64,000 bases of DNA from an uncultured Kiritimatiellota bacterium (lineage in GTDB: Bacteria; Verrucomicrobiota; Kiritimatiellia; RFP12; DVOR01). The stretch's first letter is position 1, and the number at the start of each line of letters is the position of its first letter. The stretch lies in NCBI GenBank assembly GCA_944391065.1, contig CALXSH010000001.1, positions 27,725 to 91,724 of the forward strand. The letters run 5' to 3'. The position numbers and the translations under genes were made by a program. Below the pieces are notes generated by a model. The model was not told the origin of the DNA and searched no databases. It was given only the letters and a program-made list of their open reading frames with translations. Of this stretch, positions 1-8,878 are shown piece by piece.

Positions 1-39
1 AAAACGGAACCTTTCGTAACAACAGAAACGGATACGGTT

Positions 40-1617
<1,578 letters not shown>

Positions 1618-1637
1618 GTCTGACGGAGATAGCTCCG

Positions 1638-2198
1638 ATGGACATCGCCACGCTGGACGTCCGTTCGCTGAAGCTTGGCCAGTCCGTCCTTCTGGACGGG
1701 CTGGTTCACACCGGACGCGACCGCTTTCATAAGCATCTGCACGACGGCGGTTTCCTGCCTGCGGGCGTCGACCTCCCGACGTCGGCCCTCTACCACTGCG
1801 GGCCGGTGATGGTGCGTGACGGCGGGGGCTGGCGCATGGTGGCCGGCGGCCCCACGACTTCCTCGCGCGAAGAACCCTACGAGGCCGACGTCATCGCGCG
1901 TTTTGGTCTTCGGATCATCATCGGCAAAGGCGGCATGGGCCAGAAGACCCTGGCGGCCTGCCGCGAACACGGTTGCGTCTACCTTCAGGCCGTCGGCGGC
2001 GCCGCGGCCCTCATCGCGGCCGCCGTGGAACGCGTCGAAGGCGTGGACTTCTTGGAGGACTTCGGCGCCGCCGAGGCCATGTGGCATCTGCGCGTGCGCG
2101 GCTTCCCCGCCGTCGTCGCCATGGACGCCCATGGAAACAGCCTCTACGAGGCCGTTTCCTCCGCCAGCACGGCCCGCCTGAAAGCCCTCATCGGCTGA
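1638..2198 (+). CDS. Fe-S hydro-lyase beta subunit (class I fumarate hydratase / L(+)-tartrate dehydratase beta-type); no alpha subunit adjacent
   Basis: 186-aa ORF with the IIGKGGMGQ and VYLQAVGGAAALIA motifs of the FumA C-terminal / TtdB family; starts 21 nt after the leuA stop. Confidence 0.7.
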   Translation: MDIATLDVRSLKLGQSVLLDGLVHTGRDRFHKHLHDGGFLPAGVDLPTSALYHCGPVMVRDGGGWRMVAGGPTTSSREEPYEADVIARFGLRIIIGKGGMGQKTLAACREHGCVYLQAVGGAAALIAAAVERVEGVDFLEDFGAAEAMWHLRVRGFPAVVAMDAHGNSLYEAVSSASTARLKALIG

Positions 2199-2211
2199 GT
2201 GTCCCGTGGAT

Positions 2212-2253
2212 AAAGCGCGCGGGCCCGGAGTATTCCGGGCCCGCGCTTTTTTT
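2212..2253. terminator. Bidirectional rho-independent terminator between convergent fumB-like (+) and U32 (-) genes
   Basis: GC-rich hairpin AAAGCGCGCGGGCCCGG-agtatt-CCGGGCCCGCGCTTT with A-run upstream and T7 run downstream. Confidence 0.7.
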
Positions 2254-2269
2254 GTGCCGCTGTGCGGGC

Positions 2270-4621
2270 TCAGAGGCGGGGGGTGCCGAAGCGGTCGGGG
2301 AAGGCGGAGCCTGTGCCGCGGAGGAGGTCGCGCCAGACGGGGTCGGGGAGGACGTCGCCGCACCAGGAGATATCGACGCGGAGACGGTTGAGCCCTGAAC
2401 GGCGGAGCCCGTCGAGGCGGTCGGTGATACGCCAGGGGCGTTCGGCGAAGGTGATCCAGAGGCGCCCGAGGCGGGCCGTGCGAAGGATGAGGCCGCTGCG
2501 GTCGGTCAGGTAGGGCTCGTCGGTGAGGGGGCGGGTGTAGGAGATGAAGAGGGGGGGGTACTGGGCGACGAGGATTTCGCGGGGAAAGGGGGCTGGGAGG
2601 GTGAGCAGGTTGGGAAGGTTGGCTTCGGGGCCGGTGACGGCGCCGGCAATGCCGAGGGATTCCTGGAGGGCGACGGCTTCGGGATTGACGGCGTACCAAC
2701 TCCAGTCGGCTGTGATGTCGTAGGCGCCGCAGGCGGGCTGAAGGTCCATCAGGAGCTGCCAGGCCGTGAGGTCGGGTGCCTCGAAGGCACAGAAACCCCG
2801 GTCGGCCAGGCCGCCGACCGTCGCCGCGACGGTGCCGAGGTCGGCGTCGCGCAGGGCGACGGGGAGGGCAAAGCGGAGGCGTTCGCGGGGAAAGGCCTCA
2901 ATCCACGGACGGAGTTCGGCGAAGGTCGTCTCCGAAGTCAGGGTCACGACGAGGCGGTCGGGCGGGTCGGCCCTGACGATGCGGGGGGGCTGGAGGACGG
3001 AGACCTTGAGGGTGACAGCGGGCTTGCTTTCGGGAAGAGGCCCGGTCCGTTCGGGAAGGATGCGAACGGCCGCGCGGCGCCTGGCGGTGTCGCGTTCGAT
3101 GGTTTCGCGGGCCTTGGCGGCCCAGTCGCGCCGGAGGGCGTTGAGGAGCGAGGCGGGAAGGAAGAGCGATTGCGGATCCCGGAAGGTGAGACGGCGGAGG
3201 ACGAAGCCGTCGTCGCCGAGGCGGCCGAGGAGACGGCGCGCGGCGGGTTCGGAGCGGTCGGGGTGTTCCGCCGGGGTGAGGGTTGCGGGGCATTCGGCCG
3301 TGACGCCGCAGCCGCTGAGGGTGAGACGGTCCGGCGCGAGGGTCAGGGTGAGGTCTGCCGGACGGAGGGTGCGGGTCTCGGTGCTGCGGGGCTTGCTGTA
3401 GGGGTAGGCGCGGCGGACGGCCTGCGAGGCGGAACAGTAGACGGTCGCGCCGACAGGGATGTCGGCCGCGTCGGGCGGCAGGGCGACCTCGACGGTCGCG
3501 CCGGCCGGTACGGTCAGGACCTGACGGCGGCTGCGGGCCTCGCGGAGCCGGTCGACGGGAAAGCCGACGGGGCGTCCGCCGCCGGGCGGATCGATCTGGA
3601 GGCCGTCATGCTTTTCCAGCGCGCGGTCTGTGCGGAAGGAGAGCCAGACGGTGCCGCGGGGGTCGCGGACGGCGCCGCGGACTTTGCCGATGGGGGTGCC
3701 GCGGTGTCCGACGCAGAGGGGATCGATGGCGGACTCGGGCTTTGCGTCGGGGCCGTCGGCGTAGAGCGTGGTCCAGGGCCGGGAGAAGATCGTCCGGAGG
3801 TCGTCGGCGAGGCGCTCCTGGGAGGCCGGAGTGAGCCGGCCGTCGAGGAGTTTGCGGTAGAGGTCGGTGACGGCGGCGACATAGAGGGGATTTTTCATGC
3901 GGCCCTCGATCTTGAGGGAGGCGAGGGGAAGGGAACGGATCTTGTCGCCTTCGGAGAGGAGGGCGAGGTCGCGCATGGAGAAGGGGTGATGGGCCTGGCC
4001 GTCGGTGCCGCAGAAGGGCTGGCGGCAGCAGTAGGCGCAGCGGCCGCGGTTGCCGGAGCGTCCCGTGGTCATGGAGGAGTAGAGGCAGAGACCGCTGACG
4101 GCGTAGCAGAGGGCGCCGTGGACGAAGACCTCGATCTCCGTGCCGGCGGCTTTGCCGACGGCGGCGGCCTCCTCCAGCGAGAGTTCGCGGGCGGTCACGA
4201 TGCGTTCGAATCCCAAGGCCGCGAGGGCGCGCGCCCCGGCGGAGGAGGTACAGGCGAGCTGGGTGCTGGCGTGGCGGGGGATGCCGGGAAAGTGCCGGCG
4301 CATGAGGTCGGCGAGGCCGAGGTCCTGAATGATGGCGGCGTCGACGCCGATGTCCTCGAGGGCGCCGAGGGAGGGGAGGAGATCGGCGCGTTCGTGGCTC
4401 TCGATGAGGGTGTTGAGCGTGACGTAGACGCGGCGGGGACGTTGCTGTCCGTGGGCAAAGGCGACGAGGCGGCTGAGCTCCTCCAGCGTGAAATTGGCGG
4501 CGTCTGCACGGGCGGAGAAACGGCTGAGGCCGAGGTAGACGGCGTCGGCGCCGTAGGCAAAGGCCGCCATGGCGGCATCGAAGGAACCGGCCGGCGCCAG
4601 GAGTTCGGGAAGGGGATGCAT
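2270..4621 (-). CDS. U32-family peptidase-like protein with long C-terminal extension (RlhA/YdcP-like rRNA/tRNA hydroxylation-associated family)
   Basis: N-terminal LLAPAGSFDAAMAAFAYGADAVYLGLSRFSARA U32 signature and conserved Cys cluster CAYCCRQPFCG; the track ORF extends to 4729, but the ATG at 4621 overlaps the stop of the upstream gene as TGATG and begins MHPLPELLAPAGS, which matches U32 N-termini. Confidence 0.75.
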   Translation of the reverse strand: MHPLPELLAPAGSFDAAMAAFAYGADAVYLGLSRFSARADAANFTLEELSRLVAFAHGQQRPRRVYVTLNTLIESHERADLLPSLGALEDIGVDAAIIQDLGLADLMRRHFPGIPRHASTQLACTSSAGARALAALGFERIVTARELSLEEAAAVGKAAGTEIEVFVHGALCYAVSGLCLYSSMTTGRSGNRGRCAYCCRQPFCGTDGQAHHPFSMRDLALLSEGDKIRSLPLASLKIEGRMKNPLYVAAVTDLYRKLLDGRLTPASQERLADDLRTIFSRPWTTLYADGPDAKPESAIDPLCVGHRGTPIGKVRGAVRDPRGTVWLSFRTDRALEKHDGLQIDPPGGGRPVGFPVDRLREARSRRQVLTVPAGATVEVALPPDAADIPVGATVYCSASQAVRRAYPYSKPRSTETRTLRPADLTLTLAPDRLTLSGCGVTAECPATLTPAEHPDRSEPAARRLLGRLGDDGFVLRRLTFRDPQSLFLPASLLNALRRDWAAKARETIERDTARRRAAVRILPERTGPLPESKPAVTLKVSVLQPPRIVRADPPDRLVVTLTSETTFAELRPWIEAFPRERLRFALPVALRDADLGTVAATVGGLADRGFCAFEAPDLTAWQLLMDLQPACGAYDITADWSWYAVNPEAVALQESLGIAGAVTGPEANLPNLLTLPAPFPREILVAQYPPLFISYTRPLTDEPYLTDRSGLILRTARLGRLWITFAERPWRITDRLDGLRRSGLNRLRVDISWCGDVLPDPVWRDLLRGTGSAFPDRFGTPRL

Positions 4622-5388
4622 CAGAAGATTACCGTGGTTCCGGACCCTTCGAAGGCAGCCTCGATGCGGTCCTTTTCGGATTCGGGGAGGGGACAGTCCG
4701 AGAGCATCAGCACGCGGAGGGTTGTCCAATGGGAGAGGTCGTCGGGAAGTTTGGCCAGGCGGGTGCGGCTCAGATCGAGGAATTCGAGTCCTTCGCCCAG
4801 GGAGGGCGGGAGGCTCTCAATCGGATTGTCGGTGGCCGAGAGATGACGGAGGGAGGCCGGCAGGTGCGAGGGTACGGCGCTCAGGCGGTTGTGGTCGAGA
4901 TAGAGACGCTCCAGGGTGTCGGGCAACTCGGGCAGATCGGTCAGCTTGTTGTCGTTGAGCCGCAGGAAGCGCAGGGGCATGGCCGAGAGGTCGGGGAGGG
5001 CCGTCAGGGCGTTGCGGTCAAGATTGAGATAGGTCAGGCGCAGGGACACGAAGTCGTCCGGCAGGGTGCTCAGGCGGTTGTCGGCGAGCCAGAGGCGTTC
5101 GAGCGAGGCGGGCAGGAAGCGGCAGGGGAGGATGGGCAGGTCGTTGGCCGAGAGATTGAGGTCGCGCAGTGCCTCGCCGAAGCGGAGGGTGAGGACGCGG
5201 TCCCCGCCGACCGCGCGCAGATGGAGGGCGCGGATGTCGGGGGCGTCGGGGTGTTCGGGCAAGACGGCCTCAGGGCCTTCCAGCATGATGACGCGGCCGA
5301 CTGGCCCCGGGGTGTCGGAGCAGCCGGTTGCGCAGGTCAGGACGGCCGCGGCGGCCGCGGCCATGAGGAGGCGGCGCCTCAGTCCCAT
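4621..5388 (-). CDS. Leucine-rich-repeat lipoprotein
   Basis: Signal peptide with lipobox (LTCATGC); repeated LxxLxLxxNxLxxLP units (LRR); 255 aa. Confidence 0.65.
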   Translation of the reverse strand: MGLRRRLLMAAAAAAVLTCATGCSDTPGPVGRVIMLEGPEAVLPEHPDAPDIRALHLRAVGGDRVLTLRFGEALRDLNLSANDLPILPCRFLPASLERLWLADNRLSTLPDDFVSLRLTYLNLDRNALTALPDLSAMPLRFLRLNDNKLTDLPELPDTLERLYLDHNRLSAVPSHLPASLRHLSATDNPIESLPPSLGEGLEFLDLSRTRLAKLPDDLSHWTTLRVLMLSDCPLPESEKDRIEAAFEGSGTTVIF

Positions 5389-6512
5389 TGGTTGATTTCC
5401 CCGCAGTGGATGGCGCGGATGGTGCCGTCGCGGCCTTCGAGGATGAGGGCGCCGTCGTCGCGGATGCCGCGGGCGATGCCTTCGATGACCTCGGTCTGAC
5501 GGACGGTGATGGGGTGGCCCTTCTTGCAGTCGAGAGTGTCGAGCTCGGTGCGCAGGGCGGCGAGGCCGCCGTGCTGCCAGCGGTTGTAGAGCCCTTCGAA
5601 GACGCGGCAGAAGACGGCCAGCAGGCGCATGCGGCCGGCCTGGCCGTCAAGGCCGATGGCGCGATGGGCGAGCTCTTCGGGAACGGTGCCGGTATTGACG
5701 CCGATGCCGAGGATGATGCCTTCGATGCCCTTGGCGGAGGTCTGGGCTTCGGCCAGGATGCCGCAGACCTTGCGGTCATGGAGCAGGAGGTCGTTGGGCC
5801 ACTTGAGGCCGATGGGCAGACGGGTCATCTCGCGGATGGCGAGGGCCATGGCGATGCCGGCGACGAGGGTCACGGTCGCGGCCGTCTCGGGCGGCAGCTT
5901 CGGGCGGACCAGGAGGGAGAAGAGGAGGGCGTTGCCGGGGACGTCGAGCCACGTGCGGCCCAGACGGCCGCGGCCGGCGCGCTGGGTTTCGGCGACGACG
6001 ATCGCCCCCTCGGGAGCCCCGGCTTCGGCGCGGCGGAGGAGTTCGTCATTGGTCGAATCGACCTCGCGCAGGAAGACGCAGGTGCGGCCGATGGTCTCGG
6101 TGCGCAGGCGGGTGCCGAAGAAGCGTTCGCGGAGCCAGAGGAGGACGGTCACGTCGGCGGTGGCGAAGTCGAGCATGGCCAGACGGTCCGGCGTGCACCA
6201 GCACCAGTCGGTGTGCTCTTTCAGCGTGGGCGTATCCTGCTCGGTCGTGCAGAGCACGGTGCGCAGGCAGATGGCGAATTCGGGGTAGATGTGGTGAACC
6301 ACGGGGCCGAGGCCGATGGGCGTGATGTCCATCTCGAGTTCCTCGCGGACCTCGCGGACGGCGGTTTGCTCGGCGGTCTCGCCGGGTTCGCTCTTGCCGC
6401 CGGGGAATTCCCATTTTCCGGCCGTGGAGGGATAACCGCCCTCGCCGCGGCGGACGCAGAGGACGTCGCCGGCCTTATTGAGGATCAGGGCCGCAATGAC
6501 ATTGAGTTCCAT
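5379..6512 (-). CDS. birA: Fusion protein: N-terminal NUDIX hydrolase domain + biotin--[acetyl-CoA-carboxylase] ligase (BirA) catalytic domain (no HTH domain)
   Basis: NUDIX box GKWEFPGGKSEPGETAEQTAVREVREELE near the N-terminus; BirA motifs GRGRLGRTW and KWPNDLL...KVCGILAE in the C-terminal 245 aa; start ATG overlaps the upstream stop (TGATG). Confidence 0.75.
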   Translation of the reverse strand: MELNVIAALILNKAGDVLCVRRGEGGYPSTAGKWEFPGGKSEPGETAEQTAVREVREELEMDITPIGLGPVVHHIYPEFAICLRTVLCTTEQDTPTLKEHTDWCWCTPDRLAMLDFATADVTVLLWLRERFFGTRLRTETIGRTCVFLREVDSTNDELLRRAEAGAPEGAIVVAETQRAGRGRLGRTWLDVPGNALLFSLLVRPKLPPETAATVTLVAGIAMALAIREMTRLPIGLKWPNDLLLHDRKVCGILAEAQTSAKGIEGIILGIGVNTGTVPEELAHRAIGLDGQAGRMRLLAVFCRVFEGLYNRWQHGGLAALRTELDTLDCKKGHPITVRQTEVIEGIARGIRDDGALILEGRDGTIRAIHCGEINQWD

Positions 6513-7708
6513 TATGCTTTCTCCTTTCCGGCCAGAATGACCGTATACCCGCGGCGCGGGAAGCTGTTGAGGATTTCAAAGCCGGCCGCCCCGAGAAGCT
6601 CGGTGGGTCTGACGGGCCGCTTGCAGACGAAGGCGATGAGGCCGCCGCACTTTAGGAGGCGTGCGGCGGCGGCGATAAAGGCTTCGGCGATGCGCCAGTC
6701 CCCGAAGTAGGGAGGATTGGCCAGGAAAAGGTCATAGGTGCCCGCCTCACCCTCGCCCTCGGCCGAGAAGGTGACCTCGGCGTTGTGGGGATACCGGGCC
6801 AGGTTGCGGCGGAGGCTGGCGATGGCGCGCGCGTCGGAATCCTGATAGGTGAGGCGCAGGCGCTTCTCGGGGAAGGCCGTGGCGAGGAGGATGCCGTCCA
6901 TGCCGCAGCCGCAGCCCATGTCCATGATGCGGTCGCCCTCGGAGAGCTCGATCTGTTCGGCGACGGTCTCGGTCAGGGCCAAGCCACCCATGTCGGCGCG
7001 GCGGTGGCAGAAGCAGCCTGGCAGCGTGGTCAGCGTAATCGGGTCATGGCCCCTGAGGGAGACCTCAAAGTCCGCGGCGTGGTTGGGACGGCGTTCGGCG
7101 GGGATGGGAGAGGCCAGACGGCCGGAGAGGAGACGGAGGATGCCCGTCTTCTTGTCACCGACCTGACGGAGGGAGACCTTGGTGCAGACCTTTCTGAAGC
7201 GCTCCAGGAAGGTGGGATTGAGCTCGTCGGCGCAAATCCGGAAGGCCCGTCCGACCGGGGCGCCCTCGGCGCAGAGGGCCTCGAGGAGGGCGAGCTGGGT
7301 CTCGGCGGTCTCGTCGCCCTTGGTCATCTGCCAGAAGACGGCGTCGGCCGCTGTGAACCGCGACGGGTCGGTCTCGGTCTCCACGGCGAAGGCGAGCGGC
7401 CCCACGGTCGGGGCCCGGTTGTCCTCCAGATTGCGGCGGAGGATGCCCCGGGTGTGGGCGTCCCACGTGAGCAACGTCAGGGTGCCCGTCGCAAGGCCCT
7501 TCAGCCAGACGGCCATGGCCAACGCCCCCGTGCGTCCGCCGAGGAAGAGCGGCGAGGCGAAGGCCGTGCCCTCCGGCAGGGAGCCGAGTTCCTCGATCAG
7601 GGTCCGTTCGGTCGGGTTGAGGCCGCTGCGCGAGACGACGCGCAGGGAACGGTCCAGGAGGAGTTCTTTGCGGGCATGGGGGTGATGGGTCAGGTTGACG
7701 GTCAGCAT
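6512..7708 (-). CDS. Class I SAM-dependent methyltransferase, RsmC/RlmG-like (rRNA guanine-N2 methyltransferase family)
   Basis: SAM-binding motif MDMGCGCGMDG and the catalytic NPPY motif (LANPPYFG) of N2-guanine/N6-adenine MTases; two-domain length (398 aa) typical of RlmG/RsmC. Confidence 0.7.
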   Translation of the reverse strand: MLTVNLTHHPHARKELLLDRSLRVVSRSGLNPTERTLIEELGSLPEGTAFASPLFLGGRTGALAMAVWLKGLATGTLTLLTWDAHTRGILRRNLEDNRAPTVGPLAFAVETETDPSRFTAADAVFWQMTKGDETAETQLALLEALCAEGAPVGRAFRICADELNPTFLERFRKVCTKVSLRQVGDKKTGILRLLSGRLASPIPAERRPNHAADFEVSLRGHDPITLTTLPGCFCHRRADMGGLALTETVAEQIELSEGDRIMDMGCGCGMDGILLATAFPEKRLRLTYQDSDARAIASLRRNLARYPHNAEVTFSAEGEGEAGTYDLFLANPPYFGDWRIAEAFIAAAARLLKCGGLIAFVCKRPVRPTELLGAAGFEILNSFPRRGYTVILAGKEKA

Positions 7709-7765
7709 GGGGTCTCCGGGGCATTCTTCAATCTAATCACAGTATACCAAACCTCTGTGACGCCA

Positions 7766-7796
7766 CAAAAAAGCCCCGGCAGACTTCTGCCGGGGT
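7766..7796 (-). terminator. Rho-independent terminator downstream of the outer-membrane protein gene
   Basis: On the minus strand, hairpin GCCCCGGCAG-aagt-CTGCCGGGGC followed by TTTTTTGT. Confidence 0.7.
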
Positions 7797-7900
7797 CCCA
7801 GGGGAGACAGCGGTTGTTTTCGAAGGATAACCGTCCCGAGGGAAGGGGCGGCCGCCGGCGGCCAAGGAGAGAGAGAAATCCCGCCGGCGGCCAAGGCAAA

Positions 7901-8782
7901 TCAGAATTCCGCGCTCAGCGCGAGGCCCGCGTAGGCGACGAACTGATCGTCGCCCGTGGCGTCGCGGGCCGCCGAGTCGATCTGCTGATGGAAGCCGACA
8001 TAGGGCGCGACGGAGAGACCCTCGACGGGGGAGACATTCAGCTCGAGCAGGCCGAAGGCGTCGCGGAACATGAAGGCATCATTGCTGCCGAAGTCGGCTT
8101 GGTTGCGCTGCTTTGTGGCGGCCGCGACGCCGAGGCGGGGCGTCAGGGTGAGGGTGCCTTCGTCAAAACCGAGCGACGGACCGAGGTCGAATTCGTGGCT
8201 GAGGTCGAAGGTCGCGTAGATGCCGCCCTGGGCGTCCTGGCGGTCGTCGAGGGCGTATTCGAGCGTAAAGGTCGGCACCAGCCAGAAGTCGCCCGCGGAT
8301 GCCTCGAAGTTAAGCCACTGGGTGCCGGGGTTGGAATAGCCTTCGGCCGGCTTCTTGCAGGACTTGGGGTGGTATTCGTAAGTGTAGTTGACGGCGGTGT
8401 CGAGGGAGGAGCCGAGCCAGCTCTCGGTATCCCAGGTCCGCGAGAGGGTGAGCCCCGGGGCGAGCTCCTGATACTTCCAGCGGCGGTCGTTGTAGCCGCC
8501 TTCTTTGGCGCCGTAATCTGTCGTGTCGAAAATGGCTTCCACGCTGACGGTCACGGTCAAGAGGTCTTCGCGTCCGAAGCTCACTTCGGCGGACGGCGTG
8601 ACGATGGCGTGGGGATTGTCGATCAGACCGTAGGTCAGCTGCTTCGAGGTGACGTCAATCCCGGCGGCAAAGCCGATCTCCCATCCGGGGGCGGGCGCCG
8701 GAAGCGGCCTCTCCGAGGCACAGAGCGGTACGGCAGACGATGTCAGGGCGGCGGCAAGCAGGGCGGAACGGAAGGCGTGCAT
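7901..8782 (-). CDS. Putative outer-membrane beta-barrel protein (signal peptide, C-terminal Phe)
   Basis: 293 aa; N-terminal signal peptide; alternating amphipathic beta-strand pattern; terminal ...LALSAEF typical of OMP C-termini; no family recognised. Confidence 0.45.
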   Translation of the reverse strand: MHAFRSALLAAALTSSAVPLCASERPLPAPAPGWEIGFAAGIDVTSKQLTYGLIDNPHAIVTPSAEVSFGREDLLTVTVSVEAIFDTTDYGAKEGGYNDRRWKYQELAPGLTLSRTWDTESWLGSSLDTAVNYTYEYHPKSCKKPAEGYSNPGTQWLNFEASAGDFWLVPTFTLEYALDDRQDAQGGIYATFDLSHEFDLGPSLGFDEGTLTLTPRLGVAAATKQRNQADFGSNDAFMFRDAFGLLELNVSPVEGLSVAPYVGFHQQIDSAARDATGDDQFVAYAGLALSAEF

Positions 8783-8835
8783 GTCGGGACTCCGATAGGG
8801 ACAGGATTGCTTTAGTTTAGGCTAACCTTAGGGGC

Positions 8836-8870
8836 TAAAAAAGGGGTACAGGCTTTTGGGGCCTGTACCC
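8836..8870 (-). terminator. Rho-independent terminator downstream of feoB
   Basis: On the minus strand, hairpin GGGTACAGGC-cccaaaa-GCCTGTACCC followed by CTTTTTT. Confidence 0.65.
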
Positions 8871-8878
8871 GACGAGAT

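Noticed and set aside
3170-4846. 558-aa + strand ORF (Gly/Ala/Glu/Arg-rich) overlapping the U32 gene
   Set aside because: Antisense to a well-supported conserved CDS; low-complexity GAR-rich translation typical of GC-rich antisense frames; no start context
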